A stretch of 64,000 nucleotides of DNA from Rhodospirillales bacterium (lineage in GTDB: Bacteria > Pseudomonadota > Alphaproteobacteria > Rhodospirillales > UBA2165), in the NCBI GenBank assembly GCA_965221855.1, contig CBDCSV010000010.1, forward strand, positions 131,650 to 195,649. The letters run 5' to 3'. The position numbers were made by a program, and so were the translations under genes. Under the pieces are notes generated by a model. That model was given only the letters and a program-made list of their open reading frames with translations. It was not told the origin of the DNA and searched no databases. This document shows positions 25,365-37,268 of the stretch, piece after piece (the first letter of the stretch is position 1; each line of letters opens with the position of its first letter).

Positions 25365-26054
25365 GTGTCGACCCACGACAACAATCCCGAAGATTTGAGA
25401 CTGACGCCGGATGTCCTGCTGCGCGCCTATGCCGCCGGTATTTTTCCCATGGCGGAAAGCCGGGATGACCGGACCCTGTTCTGGGTGGACCCGGAGTTTC
25501 GCGGCATCCTGCCGCTGGACGGCGTCCATGTACCGCGCCGCCTGCGCAGGACCGTCCGGCAGCGGCCCTTCGAGGTCACCCGCGACAAGGCGTTCCGCCA
25601 GGTCATGGAGAATTGCGCCGCGCCGGCTTCGGGCCGTGACGAGACGTGGATCAACGACGATATCCTGCGGCTTTACACCGCGCTTCACGAGCGGGGCCAC
25701 GCCCATTCGGTGGAGTGCTGGCGGAACGGCGAACTGGCCGGCGGACTGTACGGGGTGGTGCTGAAGGCCGCGTTCTTCGGCGAGAGCATGTTCTCGAAGG
25801 CGCGGGATGCCAGCAAGGTCGCCCTGGTTCACCTGGTGGCGGGTCTCAGGGCGGACGGATTCACCCTTCTCGACACCCAGTTCGTCACCGAACAACTGAG
25901 CCAGTTCGGAAACGTGGAAATCCCCCGCCACGACTATCTGGCGATGCTCAACCGGGCGCTGCAGACGGATGCGGTTTTCGACAGCCGGCGGTCTCCCGGT
26001 CACTCGGCGGACGAGGCCGAAGCGTTCCTGCAGTCGATCACCCAGACGTCGTAG
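25365..26054 (+). CDS. aat: Leucyl/phenylalanyl-tRNA-protein transferase
   Basis: [37 protein letters not shown]. Confidence 0.93.
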   Translation: MSTHDNNPEDLRLTPDVLLRAYAAGIFPMAESRDDRTLFWVDPEFRGILPLDGVHVPRRLRRTVRQRPFEVTRDKAFRQVMENCAAPASGRDETWINDDILRLYTALHERGHAHSVECWRNGELAGGLYGVVLKAAFFGESMFSKARDASKVALVHLVAGLRADGFTLLDTQFVTEQLSQFGNVEIPRHDYLAMLNRALQTDAVFDSRRSPGHSADEAEAFLQSITQTS

Positions 26055-26425
26055 ACCGGATGCTCCATGGCGGCGAGCGCCGGGCTCGAAGCGAACATCC
26101 AGCCGCGATAGACGCTGGCCGCCGGCTCGTTGGGGCGAACCTCCCAGACATCCAGAAACGCCGCGCTCTCGGGCTGCTCCTCCGGCGGCTTCTTGTCGCA
26201 GCTTCGGGCGATGATTTCGAGGGTCCCGAACCGCACCGTGTCGCCCACGGGCGCCTCGAAGGTGGACACCCGGGCGGTCACCTTGTCGAGGCCCTGCAGC
26301 ACGGCCATCGAATGGGGCTCGGCCGGGAGCTCTCCCGGCGCGAACAGAGCCGGGACGGCGAACAGGAGCGGAGCAAGGCGGCGGGTCATGCGGTTCATTC
26401 TTGAAGATCGGCCGTCTTCATTCAA
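26000..26425 (-). CDS. DUF2155 family protein
   Basis: [37 protein letters not shown]. Confidence 0.88.
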   Translation of the reverse strand: MNEDGRSSRMNRMTRRLAPLLFAVPALFAPGELPAEPHSMAVLQGLDKVTARVSTFEAPVGDTVRFGTLEIIARSCDKKPPEEQPESAAFLDVWEVRPNEPAASVYRGWMFASSPALAAMEHPVYDVWVIDCRNASASSAE

Positions 26426-26434
26426 CCGCCGGGC

Positions 26435-27181
26435 CTAACGCCTGATTGCGGCAAAACGAAGGCGCACGTAGTCGGCGGTCCAATTCCCGTTCTCGTCACA
26501 CAGATGGGGGCGGACATCGTCGATCACGTCCGCGACGAAGCCATCCACATCGCCGCCGGGAAGGGCATCGGTGAAGGCTTGCGAAAAAATTGCCAGCCAG
26601 TCCCGCATGTCCCCCGGAAGCGGCGTCGGCCGCGGGATCAGCTCGATCCGCATCACCTCGAAGCCGCCGGCGGCGAGTTTGGCCCCATATTCCTCCGTGC
26701 CGGGGAAGTACCAGGGATCGGCCGCCGCCGGGTCCACGTCCCGCTCGCCCAGGCGGCGGTGAAGCGCGGCCCGGATACGGGCGACATTTCCGGCGCCGCC
26801 GAACTCGCCGACGAACCGGCCCCTGTCCCGGAGCGCGCGGCGGACCCCGGCGATGACCTCGTCGGCCGCCGTCATCCAGTGCAGCGCCGCATTGGAGAAC
26901 ACCGCGTCGAATTCATCCTCGAAGGTCAGGGCGTCGCCGGACATCACCCGGGCATCCAGTCCCCGGGCCCGCGCCGCCTTCACCTGGTTGGGGCTGGCAT
27001 CGACACCGACCACGTCGGCCCCGGCGGCGGCGATCTCTTCGGTCAGCGGCCCGTCGCCGCATCCGAGGTCCAGAATCCGCTCGCCGGGCTTCGGCGACAG
27101 CAGTTCGAGAACCGGCGCGCCGAGATCGGAAACGAACCGGGCGCTCCGGTCATAGGCGCCGGGATCCCAATGGTCGGCCAT
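26435..27181 (-). CDS. Class I SAM-dependent methyltransferase
   Basis: ILDLGCGDG, FDAVFSNAALHW. Confidence 0.88.
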   Translation of the reverse strand: MADHWDPGAYDRSARFVSDLGAPVLELLSPKPGERILDLGCGDGPLTEEIAAAGADVVGVDASPNQVKAARARGLDARVMSGDALTFEDEFDAVFSNAALHWMTAADEVIAGVRRALRDRGRFVGEFGGAGNVARIRAALHRRLGERDVDPAAADPWYFPGTEEYGAKLAAGGFEVMRIELIPRPTPLPGDMRDWLAIFSQAFTDALPGGDVDGFVADVIDDVRPHLCDENGNWTADYVRLRFAAIRR

Positions 27182-27192
27182 GACAGTCTCGT

Positions 27193-27651
27193 TCAATCGC
27201 CGCTCTTGGAACCGCCCGTGGCGAGAAATATGATCTCGCCCACCTGATCCTCGATTGTCTTGTAATCCTCGGTCTTGGCGAGCTGCCCGCCGGGCGCCAG
27301 TTTTTCCGCCGAACGGCCCGGCAGCAGGCGGATATACGTGCCCCCGAGCAGACCGTCGCCGGTGACGACGGCGCTCGTGTCGGCGGGGAGCCGCACGGCG
27401 TCATCGATGGTCATGGTCACCACAGCGTCGAAATCCTCGCTCAGCCGGCGATCGACAACCTTGCCCACATTGATGCCGTTCACCCGAACGTCGCTGCCGG
27501 ACTGCAGCCCGCCAACCTTGGTGAACAGCGCGGTAATCCGATAGCCGTTGACCGTCTGAATCTGCGTTGTCGTGTAGAAAATCCAGACGAAGACGACAGC
27601 CACGCCGAGAACCACGGCGCCCATAACGGTCTCGATGAGGTTCTTGTTCAT
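27193..27651 (-). CDS. mlaD: MlaD/MCE family protein
   Basis: N-terminal TM; GLQSGSDVRVNGINVGKV; GLLGGTYI. Confidence 0.85.
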   Translation of the reverse strand: MNKNLIETVMGAVVLGVAVVFVWIFYTTTQIQTVNGYRITALFTKVGGLQSGSDVRVNGINVGKVVDRRLSEDFDAVVTMTIDDAVRLPADTSAVVTGDGLLGGTYIRLLPGRSAEKLAPGGQLAKTEDYKTIEDQVGEIIFLATGGSKSGD

Positions 27652-28112
27652 TTCCTTGCCTTCCCGGCCCGCGCCGATCTGCCCTGTCCGATGACCTGAT
27701 CGAGCAGATCCTGCAATACCAGTGATTCCTGCGTGAACTCGATTTCGCCGCCGGCCTCCAGAATTTCCTCCTCGGCCCCGGGGTTTACCTCGATAAATTT
27801 CGAGCCGAAAAGGCCGTTGGTCAGGATGCGGGCATCCGAATCCGACGGCAGTTCCACCCCGTCATCGATATTCAGGGTCAGACGGGCGCGGAAGGACTCC
27901 GTCAGGATCATCCGGGTGACCTCGCCGATCTTGATGCCGCTCATCAGCACCTCGTCGCCGACGGTCAGGCCGTCCGCCCGATCGAAATCCGCGGTGATAT
28001 CGAAGCCGGCGGTCTTTTCGGTGGTGGTCGTGGTGAACGACAACACGCCCAGGACAAGCAGCGCCAGAAGGGCGACGAACCCGACGATGCCGTGTCTGGC
28101 TTCCTCGCTCAC
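27648..28112 (-). CDS. mlaD: MlaD/MCE family protein, second paralog
   Basis: GTG start 28112; DGLTVGDEVLMSGIKIGEV; GLFGSKFI. Confidence 0.82.
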   Translation of the reverse strand: MSEEARHGIVGFVALLALLVLGVLSFTTTTTEKTAGFDITADFDRADGLTVGDEVLMSGIKIGEVTRMILTESFRARLTLNIDDGVELPSDSDARILTNGLFGSKFIEVNPGAEEEILEAGGEIEFTQESLVLQDLLDQVIGQGRSARAGKARK

Positions 28113-28123
28113 GGGGCCCCGGC

Positions 28124-28480
28124 CTATTCCGGCGTCCAGGCTTCGTAGTCGCCGGTCGCCCGCTTGCGCTCGCCTCCCATGTAGTCGTGGCCGGCGGGCC
28201 GGTAGGCGTGCGCGGTGCCGGTCACGTTGGGCAGGTGGTCTTTCTGCCACGCGCGGGCGGCGGCGGCCTTTTCGGTCAACGGCTTCTCGACCGTATGATG
28301 GAGCCAGGCGTGCCACTCGGGCGGAACCTTGGACGCTTCGACGTCGCCCTTGTAGACCACCCAGCGGCGCTCGCGGCCGTTGAGCTTGCGGCCCTTGCCC
28401 CGGTAATACCTGTTGCCGAACTCGTCGGTCCCGACAAAATCGCCGTTCAGGAGCGTATAAATGAAGGTGCCAATGGACAT
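28124..28480 (-). CDS. NDUFA12-like (complex I 17.2 kDa subunit) protein
   Basis: VGTDEFGNRYY, RRWVVY, VPPEWHAWLHH, GDYEAWTPE. Confidence 0.92.
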   Translation of the reverse strand: MSIGTFIYTLLNGDFVGTDEFGNRYYRGKGRKLNGRERRWVVYKGDVEASKVPPEWHAWLHHTVEKPLTEKAAAARAWQKDHLPNVTGTAHAYRPAGHDYMGGERKRATGDYEAWTPE

Positions 28481-28740
28481 GTCAGCGTCCGCTCGATGAT
28501 TGCGAGGCAAGATGTGGCCGCCCGCTGCCGATGTCAATATAGCAGTTCGCCATAACACTTCACCCGACACCATCAATGGCCGAACCGCCGCCGCCGAATT
28601 GACCGGCTTCGCCGGCAAGTCATCGGGCGAATTTTCCTTTGACGGTCATTTCCACGGCAGGTTGGCGCAACGGGCCGGAGCCGATGCCGGACATCAAAAA
28701 CATCCGTTTAAACTTTGTAATTGAAAGAAAATTTTTTGAG

Positions 28741-28772
28741 TCATCCACATCCCGGATCAAGCCTGTGGATAA
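28741..28772. promoter_or_regulatory. Two DnaA boxes upstream of nrdJ
   Basis: TCATCCACA (28741, 1 mismatch) and TGTGGATAA (28764, perfect reverse TTATCCACA). Confidence 0.6.
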
Positions 28773-28825
28773 ACTGAGGTGGCGTTTCAGGTGCGAAATC
28801 CAACCCTTTGAATTACTTCGAATTA

Positions 28826-28946
28826 CTACAATATCTAGTAATAATCTTTCACAAAAAACGCAAAATATGAAAAAAGTTATTGCCTCGCTGAATCGCCTCC
28901 GCTAGATTTTTGGTCCTAAGAGGCCGTAGACCACAAGATGTTGTGG
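28826..28946. promoter_or_regulatory. NrdR boxes
   Basis: CTACAATATCTAGTAA (28826), CCACAAGATGTTGTGG (28931), and a weaker CCGCTAGATTTTTGGT exactly 32 bp upstream of the latter. Confidence 0.7.
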
Positions 28947-29040
28947 GCATTATGGCAAAGCGACGGACCGTCCTGGGAACAGCTTCAATAGCTCGAAGAA
29001 GGCGAACTGTCGGTCTTTGCCGGGGAAAATCGGGGGTAAA

Positions 29041-32000
29041 ATGAGGGTTTCACGCCAGTTCACGAATGCCGGTTCCGGTGCTTATGCGGGGGTGGAGTTC
29101 CGGACCACATCAAGCGAAATTCGAAATCCGGACGGGTCCCTGGTCTTCCGGCATGAAGCCATCGAGGTCCCTAAAGGCTGGTCGCAAGTTGCCTGTGACG
29201 TTCTGGCGCAGAAATATTTCCGCAAGGCCGGCGTGCCGGCCCACTTGAAGCGGGTCGAGGAGAATGACGTCCCCTCCTGGCTGTGGCGCAGCGTGCCTGA
29301 CGAAAAAAAGCTCGCACGGCTGCCCGAGGGAGAGCGGTACACCGGCGAATCGTCCGCCAAGCAGGTTTTCAATCGCCTTGCCGGCACCTGGACCTACTGG
29401 GGCTGGAAAGGCGGCTATTTCGACGGAGAGGACGACGCCCGCGCCTATTACGACGAAATGTGCGCCATGCTGTGCCGCCAGATGGCGGCGCCCAACTCGC
29501 CCCAATGGTTCAACACGGGGCTGCACTGGGCCTATGGCATCGACGGCCCCGCGCAGGGCCACCACTACGTCGATTTCAAGACCGGCAAGCTGACCCGCTC
29601 CAAGTCGGCCTACGAGCATCCGCAGCCGCACGCCTGCTTCATTCAGGGCATATCCGATGATCTGGTGAATGAGGGCGGCATCATGGACCTGTGGGTCCGC
29701 GAGGCGCGGCTGTTCAAGTACGGGTCCGGCACCGGAACCAATTTCTCCAATCTCCGCGGCGAGGGGGAGGCGCTCTCCGGCGGCGGCAAGTCGTCGGGCG
29801 TGATGAGCTTCCTGAAAATCGGCGATCGGGCCGCGGGCGCGATCAAATCCGGCGGCACCACCCGGCGGGCGGCCAAGATGGTCATCCTCGACGTGGATCA
29901 CCCGGACATCGAGGCCTTCATCAATTGGAAGGTGAAGGAAGAGAACAAGGTCGCGGCCCTGGTCGCCGGGTCCAAACTTCTCGAAAAACACATGAACGCC
30001 GTGGTCGATGCCTGTCACGCCGGCGATGGCGGCGACAGGTTCGATCCCAAGGCCAATGAGGGGCTCAAGACCGCGGTCCTCGGCGCCCGCAAGTCGATGA
30101 TCCCGGAAAACTGCGTCCAGCGGGCCATCGAGTTCGCCAAACAGGGCTACCGCGAGGTTGCCATTCCGACCTACGACACCGACTGGGACTCGGAAGCCTA
30201 TCTCACCGTTTCGGGCCAGAACTCCAACAACACCGTGCGGGTCACCGATGAGTTTCTGCGCGCCGTCGAGAAGGATGCCGACTGGGATCTGATCCGGCGC
30301 ACCGATGGAGAGGTGGCCAAACGCGTACCCGCGCGCGAGCTTTGGGACCGGATCGCCGAGGCCGCCTGGGGTTCCGCCGATCCGGGACTGCAGTTCGATA
30401 CCACCATCAACGACTGGCACACCTGCATCAATTCGGACCGCATTTACGGCTCCAACCCATGCTCCGAGTACATGTTCCTCAACAATACGGCGTGCAATCT
30501 GGCATCGCTGAACCTCAAGGCCTTCCAGCGCGACGACGGCAGCTTCGATTGCGGCGCGTTCTCCTATGCGGTCCGGCTGTGGACCATCAATCTGGAGATC
30601 GCGGTGATGATGGCGCAGTTCCCGTCCAGGGAAATCGCCGAGCTCAGCTACCGCTACCGCACCCTCGGCCTCGGCTACGCCAATATCGGCGGCATGCTCA
30701 TGTCCATGGGGGTTCCCTACGACAGCGACGAGGGCCGCCGAATCGCCGGTGCAATCACCGCGCTGATGACCGGCGTGTGCTACGCGGCATCCGCCGAAAT
30801 GGCCGAGTTGCTGGGCCCGTTCCCGGGCTACGAGCCGAATGCCGATCCGATGCTCAAGGTGATTCGCAATCACCGCCGGGCGGCATATGGCGAGAAGACC
30901 GGTTACGAGGACCTGTCCATGCCGCCGGTGCCGCTGGAAGATGCCGCCGGCAGCGCCGCCGGCCCGATCATCGCCGATGCCAAGGCCGCCTGGGACGACG
31001 CCCTGGCGCTGGGCGAGCAACACGGTTTCCGCAACGCGCAGACCACGGTGATCGCGCCCACCGGCACCATCGGCCTGATCATGGATTGCGACACCACCGG
31101 CGTGGAGCCGGACTTCGCCCTGGTCAAATTCAAGAAATTGGCCGGCGGCGGCTATTTCAAGATCATCAACCGCACCGTCCCGGCCGCCCTCGAACGCCTG
31201 GGCTACTCCAAGACCGAGATCGAGGACATGATCTCCTACGCGGTCGGCCGCGGAACCCTGAAAGGCGCGCCGTCGATCAATCACCGGACCCTGGCCGAGA
31301 AAGGCTTCTCCGGCGAGGCCATCGAGGCCGTCGAAAACGCGCTGGCCGACGCCTTCGACATCAAATTCGCCTTCAACAAGTTCTCCCTCGGCGTCGAGTT
31401 CTGCACCGCGGTTCTGGGCTTCACCGAGGCCCAGCTGGACGACATGTCCTTCGACATGCTGCAAGGCCTGGGCTTCTCGAAGGACGATATAACCGAGGCC
31501 AATACCTACGTCTGCGGCGCCATGACCCTGGAAGGGGCGCCGCACCTGAAGGACGAGCACCTGCCGGTCTTCGATTGCGCCAACCCGTGCGGGCGCGACG
31601 GCAAGCGCTTCCTCAGCACCGACAGCCATATCCAGATGCTGGCCGCGGCGCAGCCGTTCATCTCGGGCAGCATCTCCAAGACCATCAACATGCCCAACTC
31701 GGCGACCATCGAGGACTGCAAGAACGCCTATATGCTGTCCTGGAAGCTGGGCCTCAAGGCCAACGCTCTCTATCGCGACGGCTCCAAGCTGTCCCAGCCG
31801 CTGAATGCGCAGTTGGTCGATGAGGACGAGGCGGAGAGCCTGGCCGAAGCGGCCGCCGATCAGCCGGCGGCGGTCAGGGCGCAAATCGTCGCCGAGCGGG
31901 TGGTCGAGCGCTACATCGCCGACCGCCGGCGGCTCCCGGACCGCCGCAAGGGCTACACCCAGAAAGCCTCGGTCGGGGGGCACAAGGTCTACCTCCGGAC

Positions 32001-32718
32001 CGGCGAGTACGAGGACGGCCGGGTCGGCGAGATCTTCATCGACATGCACAAGGAGGGCGCCGCCTTCCGCAGCCTGATGAACAACTTCGCCATCGCCATT
32101 TCCATCGCGCTCCAATACGGCGTGCCGTTGGAAGAGTTCGTCGAGGCGTACACCTTCACCCGGTTCGAGCCGTCCGGCGTGGTCGAAGGCAACGACTCCA
32201 TCAAGATGTCGACGTCGATCCTCGACTACATTTTCCGCGAGCTCGCCGTTTCCTACCTCGGCCGCCACGATCTCTCCCACGTCCAGCCGGACGATCTGGC
32301 GCCGGATACGGTCGGCCGCGGCGACGACGAAGAACTGCTGTCCGACGATACGAAGGAAGTGGTCGAACGCCTCGCGAGCACCGGCTACGTGCGGAGCAAC
32401 TTCCTGGTGGTCAACGGCGGCCGCGGCAACGGCGCCGAGGGGACCAACGGATCAAACGGCGGCGGCGGCAACGGCGCCGCGGCGGCCATGAGCCTGGAGA
32501 CGGAAGCCATGCCCGACGGCGCGACGCCAAGCGCCGAGGCGATGGTTATCAGCCAGGAGATCATCGCGGCCGGCGAGACCCGTCTCGACGCGGTCCGCGA
32601 AGCGAAAATGAAGGGCTACGAAGGAGACGCCTGCGGTGAATGCGGCAACTTCACGCTGGTGCGCAACGGCACCTGCATGAAGTGCGTGACCTGCGGGGCG
32701 ACCAGCGGCTGCTCATGA
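29041..32718 (+). CDS. nrdJ: Class II (B12-dependent) ribonucleotide reductase
   Basis: [37 protein letters not shown]; C-terminal CGECG...CVTCG. Confidence 0.96.
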   Translation: MRVSRQFTNAGSGAYAGVEFRTTSSEIRNPDGSLVFRHEAIEVPKGWSQVACDVLAQKYFRKAGVPAHLKRVEENDVPSWLWRSVPDEKKLARLPEGERYTGESSAKQVFNRLAGTWTYWGWKGGYFDGEDDARAYYDEMCAMLCRQMAAPNSPQWFNTGLHWAYGIDGPAQGHHYVDFKTGKLTRSKSAYEHPQPHACFIQGISDDLVNEGGIMDLWVREARLFKYGSGTGTNFSNLRGEGEALSGGGKSSGVMSFLKIGDRAAGAIKSGGTTRRAAKMVILDVDHPDIEAFINWKVKEENKVAALVAGSKLLEKHMNAVVDACHAGDGGDRFDPKANEGLKTAVLGARKSMIPENCVQRAIEFAKQGYREVAIPTYDTDWDSEAYLTVSGQNSNNTVRVTDEFLRAVEKDADWDLIRRTDGEVAKRVPARELWDRIAEAAWGSADPGLQFDTTINDWHTCINSDRIYGSNPCSEYMFLNNTACNLASLNLKAFQRDDGSFDCGAFSYAVRLWTINLEIAVMMAQFPSREIAELSYRYRTLGLGYANIGGMLMSMGVPYDSDEGRRIAGAITALMTGVCYAASAEMAELLGPFPGYEPNADPMLKVIRNHRRAAYGEKTGYEDLSMPPVPLEDAAGSAAGPIIADAKAAWDDALALGEQHGFRNAQTTVIAPTGTIGLIMDCDTTGVEPDFALVKFKKLAGGGYFKIINRTVPAALERLGYSKTEIEDMISYAVGRGTLKGAPSINHRTLAEKGFSGEAIEAVENALADAFDIKFAFNKFSLGVEFCTAVLGFTEAQLDDMSFDMLQGLGFSKDDITEANTYVCGAMTLEGAPHLKDEHLPVFDCANPCGRDGKRFLSTDSHIQMLAAAQPFISGSISKTINMPNSATIEDCKNAYMLSWKLGLKANALYRDGSKLSQPLNAQLVDEDEAESLAEAAADQPAAVRAQIVAERVVERYIADRRRLPDRRKGYTQKASVGGHKVYLRTGEYEDGRVGEIFIDMHKEGAAFRSLMNNFAIAISIALQYGVPLEEFVEAYTFTRFEPSGVVEGNDSIKMSTSILDYIFRELAVSYLGRHDLSHVQPDDLAPDTVGRGDDEELLSDDTKEVVERLASTGYVRSNFLVVNGGRGNGAEGTNGSNGGGGNGAAAAMSLETEAMPDGATPSAEAMVISQEIIAAGETRLDAVREAKMKGYEGDACGECGNFTLVRNGTCMKCVTCGATSGCS

Positions 32719-32734
32719 GACACGAGATTACTCA

Positions 32735-32814
32735 GTTCCTCCCTGGTGAACTTGGGGTGCGAGACGGTACGGACCTGCCAGCCATTGCCGTACCCGACGC
32801 ACCCCACTTTTTTT
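32735..32814 (+). ncRNA. suhB/MmgR-like (alpha-r8) small RNA, copy 1
   Basis: GTTCCTCCCTGGTGAACTTGGGG followed by a long hairpin TGGGGTGCG...CGCACCCCA and T7; family recalled from memory, not searched. Confidence 0.6.
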
Positions 32815-32833
32815 CCGGCGGAATTGAGATTTG

Positions 32834-32912
32834 GTTCCTCCCTGGTGAACTTGGGGTGCGAAACGGTTAGGTCCTGCCAGCCATTGCCTTTCACGACGCA
32901 CCCCACTTTTTT
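32834..32912 (+). ncRNA. suhB/MmgR-like small RNA, copy 2
   Basis: Second copy at 99-bp period with the same anti-SD motif, loop and terminator. Confidence 0.6.
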
Positions 32913-32913
32913 C

Positions 32914-33964
32914 TAGAGCGTTTCATATTTTGACGGAAGCGTATCCTGCGTTTTTGAAGTAGTTGGCGCATTGCTGTGGCTCGATGGTGTCGATGAGGCT
33001 CCCGAGATGGCGCCATAAGTCGTCGATCTCCCGCTTCTGGGCGTTTCTCATCCAGTGCTTGATTTGGGCAAAGGTCTGCTCGATGGGATTGAGGTCGGGG
33101 GAATATTTGGGCAGGAGCCACAGCTTGGCTCCGGCGGCACGGATGGCGTTTCGCACGGCTTTTGACTTGTGGCTGCCGAGATTGTCCATGATGACGATGT
33201 CGCCGGGCACCAGGGTCGGCACGAGCAGCTGCTCGACGTAGGCGCGGAAGCACACGCCATTGATGGGGCCGTCGAAGACGCAGGGCGCGGTGAACCGGTC
33301 GCAGCGCAGCGCGCCGATGAAGGTCAGGGTGTGCCACCGCCCATGGGGGGCAAAGCCGCGGACCCGCTCCCCTTTCGGCCCCCAGCCGCGCAGCGGGGCC
33401 ATATTGGTCCGGATCCAGGTTTCATCAATGAATACCAGCCGTTCGGGATCAAGCTTTGCCTGCCACGCCTTCCAGCGCCTGCGATGGCGGGCGATGTCCG
33501 CGCGCGCCCGTTCAACGGCGAACAGGGTTTTTTTTAAAGCGCAGCCCTTCACGGCGCAGAAACAGCCATACCGTGCTGTGGGATACCCTGACACCCCGAG
33601 CGGCCAACTCGTCTCTCAACCGATGCAGCGTCAGATGCGGCTCCTGGTCGATCCGGCCGACAATGAACTCCCGATGGGGCTCAAGAACCCGGCGGCGGTG
33701 ACCGCCCATCTTGCCGGGCGCAACACTCCCCGTCCGCCGGTAGCGCTGCGACCACTTAACCACGCTCGAAACCGCAACCCCAAACCGAGCCGCTACAGCG
33801 CGGCAACTCTCCCCCGCCAAAACCGCCAAAACAACACGCTCTCGCAAATCAATCGAATAAGGTCTCGCCATGAATGCTGGCCTCCTTGCCCAGCATCCAT
33901 CTTGAATCATGGTTCGCCCATACTTGGGAATCCCTAAAATGATTCAATCAATCTCAAATACGCT

Positions 33965-33967
<3 letters not shown>
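32914..33967 (-). mobile_element. IS630-family element, copy 1 (two-ORF transposase)
   Basis: TAGAGCGT termini in CTAG sites; ORFs MARPYSIDLRERV and LVFIDETW...VIMDNLGSHK...YSPDLNPIE. Confidence 0.93.
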
Positions 33968-35095
<1,128 letters not shown>

Positions 35096-35141
35096 TCAAC
35101 AACTTAGAAGGATTCGAACCGCCAGATATAGGTCTCCGGAG

Positions 35142-35768
35142 TCACCCGGACTCAACATCTTGATCGAGCAATTCGGCGATCGGCGCGAAGCTCCGGCGAT
35201 GATGGGGCGTTACGCCCAACCGGCGGAGGCCGGCCCGGTGACCGGCGGTGCCGTACCCCTTGTTGGCCGCCCAGCCGAAACCGGGAAACCGGCGGTCCAG
35301 TCCCCGCATGATCCGGTCCCGGGTGACCTTCGCGGCGATGGAGGCGGCGGCGATGGAGAGGCTGAGGGAATCGCCCTTGACCACCGCGAGTCCGCCGCAT
35401 GGGAGGTCGGGACACCGGTTGCCGTCGACCAGGGCGAAATCGGGGTCCACCCGCCCAGCGGCGCGGGCCATCGCCGCCATGGTCGCCCGAAGAATGTTCA
35501 GCTCGTCGATTTCCTCGACGGACGCCATGCCGATCCCGATCTCGGCGAAGGGAACAATCCCGGACAGGAGTTCCTCGCGCCGATCCTCCTTCAGCTTCTT
35601 GGAATCGTCGATCCGCTCCGCCAGCCGCGCCGGGAGATCGTCCCGCGACAGGATGACCGCCGCCGCGACGACCGGACCGGCCCACGGGCCGCGCCCCGCT
35701 TCGTCGATGCCCGCGATCCGCCGGTGTCCCGCCTGGAGGGCCCGTTCCTCGAACGTGAAATCAGGAAT
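35142..35768 (-). CDS. rnhB: Ribonuclease HII (start uncertain, possibly ATT)
   Basis: GIDEAGRGPWAGPV, DDSKKL, VDGN, KGDSLSLSIAAASIAAKV, HRRSFAP. Confidence 0.93.
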   Translation of the reverse strand: MPDFTFEERALQAGHRRIAGIDEAGRGPWAGPVVAAAVILSRDDLPARLAERIDDSKKLKEDRREELLSGIVPFAEIGIGMASVEEIDELNILRATMAAMARAAGRVDPDFALVDGNRCPDLPCGGLAVVKGDSLSLSIAAASIAAKVTRDRIMRGLDRRFPGFGWAANKGYGTAGHRAGLRRLGVTPHHRRSFAPIAELLDQDVESG

Positions 35769-37167
35769 CGGAACGCCCCTTTCCGGTCTCGTCCGCAATC
35801 GCCTTCGGCTCCGCCGTTTCGGGCTCGGCTTCCCCCCGCTTCGGGGCGCTGGCGGCGTCATGGGGCTTGGACGGCCGGGCCAGGCGGGCAAGCCGCACCC
35901 CGACCAGCCGCGCCTTGGGCCCCACTTGCTGGACCGTGTCGGCAATCATGCCCGCTTCGCGCCCATACACCAGGCCCAGCATTTCACCCAGGCTCTCGAC
36001 GCCCCCGGCGGTCAGGTAATGGAGGCGGCGGGCGGTCAGCAGCCAAAGCGGGCTCAACGCCAGGCTCAGAACCGTTACCGCCACCACGAGGCGCATGACA
36101 TCCTCGCCGATAAGGCCGGTCTCGAGGCCGGTCCGCGCGAGCAGAAAGGAGAATTCGCCGATCTGGGCCAGGATGACGCCGGTCATGAAGGCCACCGCCC
36201 AGGGCTGTCCCATGAACCGGAGGATGGCGGTATTCATCACCGTCTTGAACACGGTCACCAGGAACAACAGCAACAGCACCGTGCCGAGATTGTCCCAGAT
36301 GAACGGCAAATCGAGCAGCAAACCGACCGACAGGAAAAACACCATGACCAGGATCGACTGGATGGGCTTGGCGTTCTGGAGCAGTTGCGGCCGCTGTTCG
36401 CTATTGCCGAGCACCAGGCCGGCGAGGAACGCGCCATAGGCCGGCGACATGCCCAGCAGGCCGGATATGGTCGCGGCGCCGAAGCAGAAGGCGAGCGCGG
36501 TCAGCGGTCCGAGTTCGTTCGAGCGCGAGAACAGATGCGCCATGGGCAGCCGGATTTTCCGCCCCCGCGCCAGATACCAGATGAGGGCGGCGAGGATCGC
36601 CACCGACCCGATCACGGCCAGGAGGCCCTGATAAGCCGCGTGCCCGACGCTGATAACCCCCAGGATCAGGATCATCGGCACGAACGCCAGATCCTGGGTG
36701 ATCAGCACGGCGATGCTGATCAATCCGGTCCGGCTCCTGGTCTCCCGGCTTTCCTGAAGCATCTTGATGGCGGCGGCCGTGCTCGACAGCGCCACCACGA
36801 ACCCCAGCAGGACGACCATGCCGAACGGCCAATCCGTCAGCGCGGAGAGCAGGAACATCACCACCATGGAGGCGGCGATCTGGATCAGCGTGGTGCTGAG
36901 CGCCAGGCGCCAGATTCTCATGAACAGCCGGATCGACAATTCCATGCCGACGACGAACAGCAGCATCAGGACGCCGAGGTCGGCGAGCGTGTCGATCTGA
37001 TCCCGGTTCCCGACCAGGGCGAAGCCGGAGGGGCCAAGCAGTACGCCCGCCAGGATGTAGCCGACGAATGCCGGCTGGCGAAGCCGCTCCAGCATCAGGC
37101 CGCAGAGCAGCGCCGCGAGGGCGACGACGGCAATACCGGTCAGCTCGGAATGGGCGACGCTTTCCAT
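35761..37167 (-). CDS. Cation:proton antiporter (CPA2 family, no TrkA domain)
   Basis: GYILAGVLLGP, LGVLMLLFVVGME, ALSSTA, LAQIGEFSF. Confidence 0.88.
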   Translation of the reverse strand: MESVAHSELTGIAVVALAALLCGLMLERLRQPAFVGYILAGVLLGPSGFALVGNRDQIDTLADLGVLMLLFVVGMELSIRLFMRIWRLALSTTLIQIAASMVVMFLLSALTDWPFGMVVLLGFVVALSSTAAAIKMLQESRETRSRTGLISIAVLITQDLAFVPMILILGVISVGHAAYQGLLAVIGSVAILAALIWYLARGRKIRLPMAHLFSRSNELGPLTALAFCFGAATISGLLGMSPAYGAFLAGLVLGNSEQRPQLLQNAKPIQSILVMVFFLSVGLLLDLPFIWDNLGTVLLLLFLVTVFKTVMNTAILRFMGQPWAVAFMTGVILAQIGEFSFLLARTGLETGLIGEDVMRLVVAVTVLSLALSPLWLLTARRLHYLTAGGVESLGEMLGLVYGREAGMIADTVQQVGPKARLVGVRLARLARPSKPHDAASAPKRGEAEPETAEPKAIADETGKGRSDS

Positions 37168-37268
37168 GGTCTTCCCGGGTTAGGGGTTTCGGAAACTCCC
37201 GCCGCGGCGCGCACCCCGTCCGCGCGCCAACCCGGTGAATTTTATCAGTTAGATAGGTTAAGACCTAA

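Noticed and set aside
28690-28920. Possible oriC (AT-rich, DnaA boxes)
   Set aside because: Only two boxes, with NrdR boxes alongside, and none of the usual origin-flanking genes; nrdJ regulation is the simpler explanation
29041-32718. Intein or intron in nrdJ
   Set aside because: Length and motif order are normal; no splice-junction or homing-endonuclease motifs seen
32735-32912. Possible mini CRISPR array
   Set aside because: Only two 80-nt units with terminator structure, no unique spacers and no cas genes
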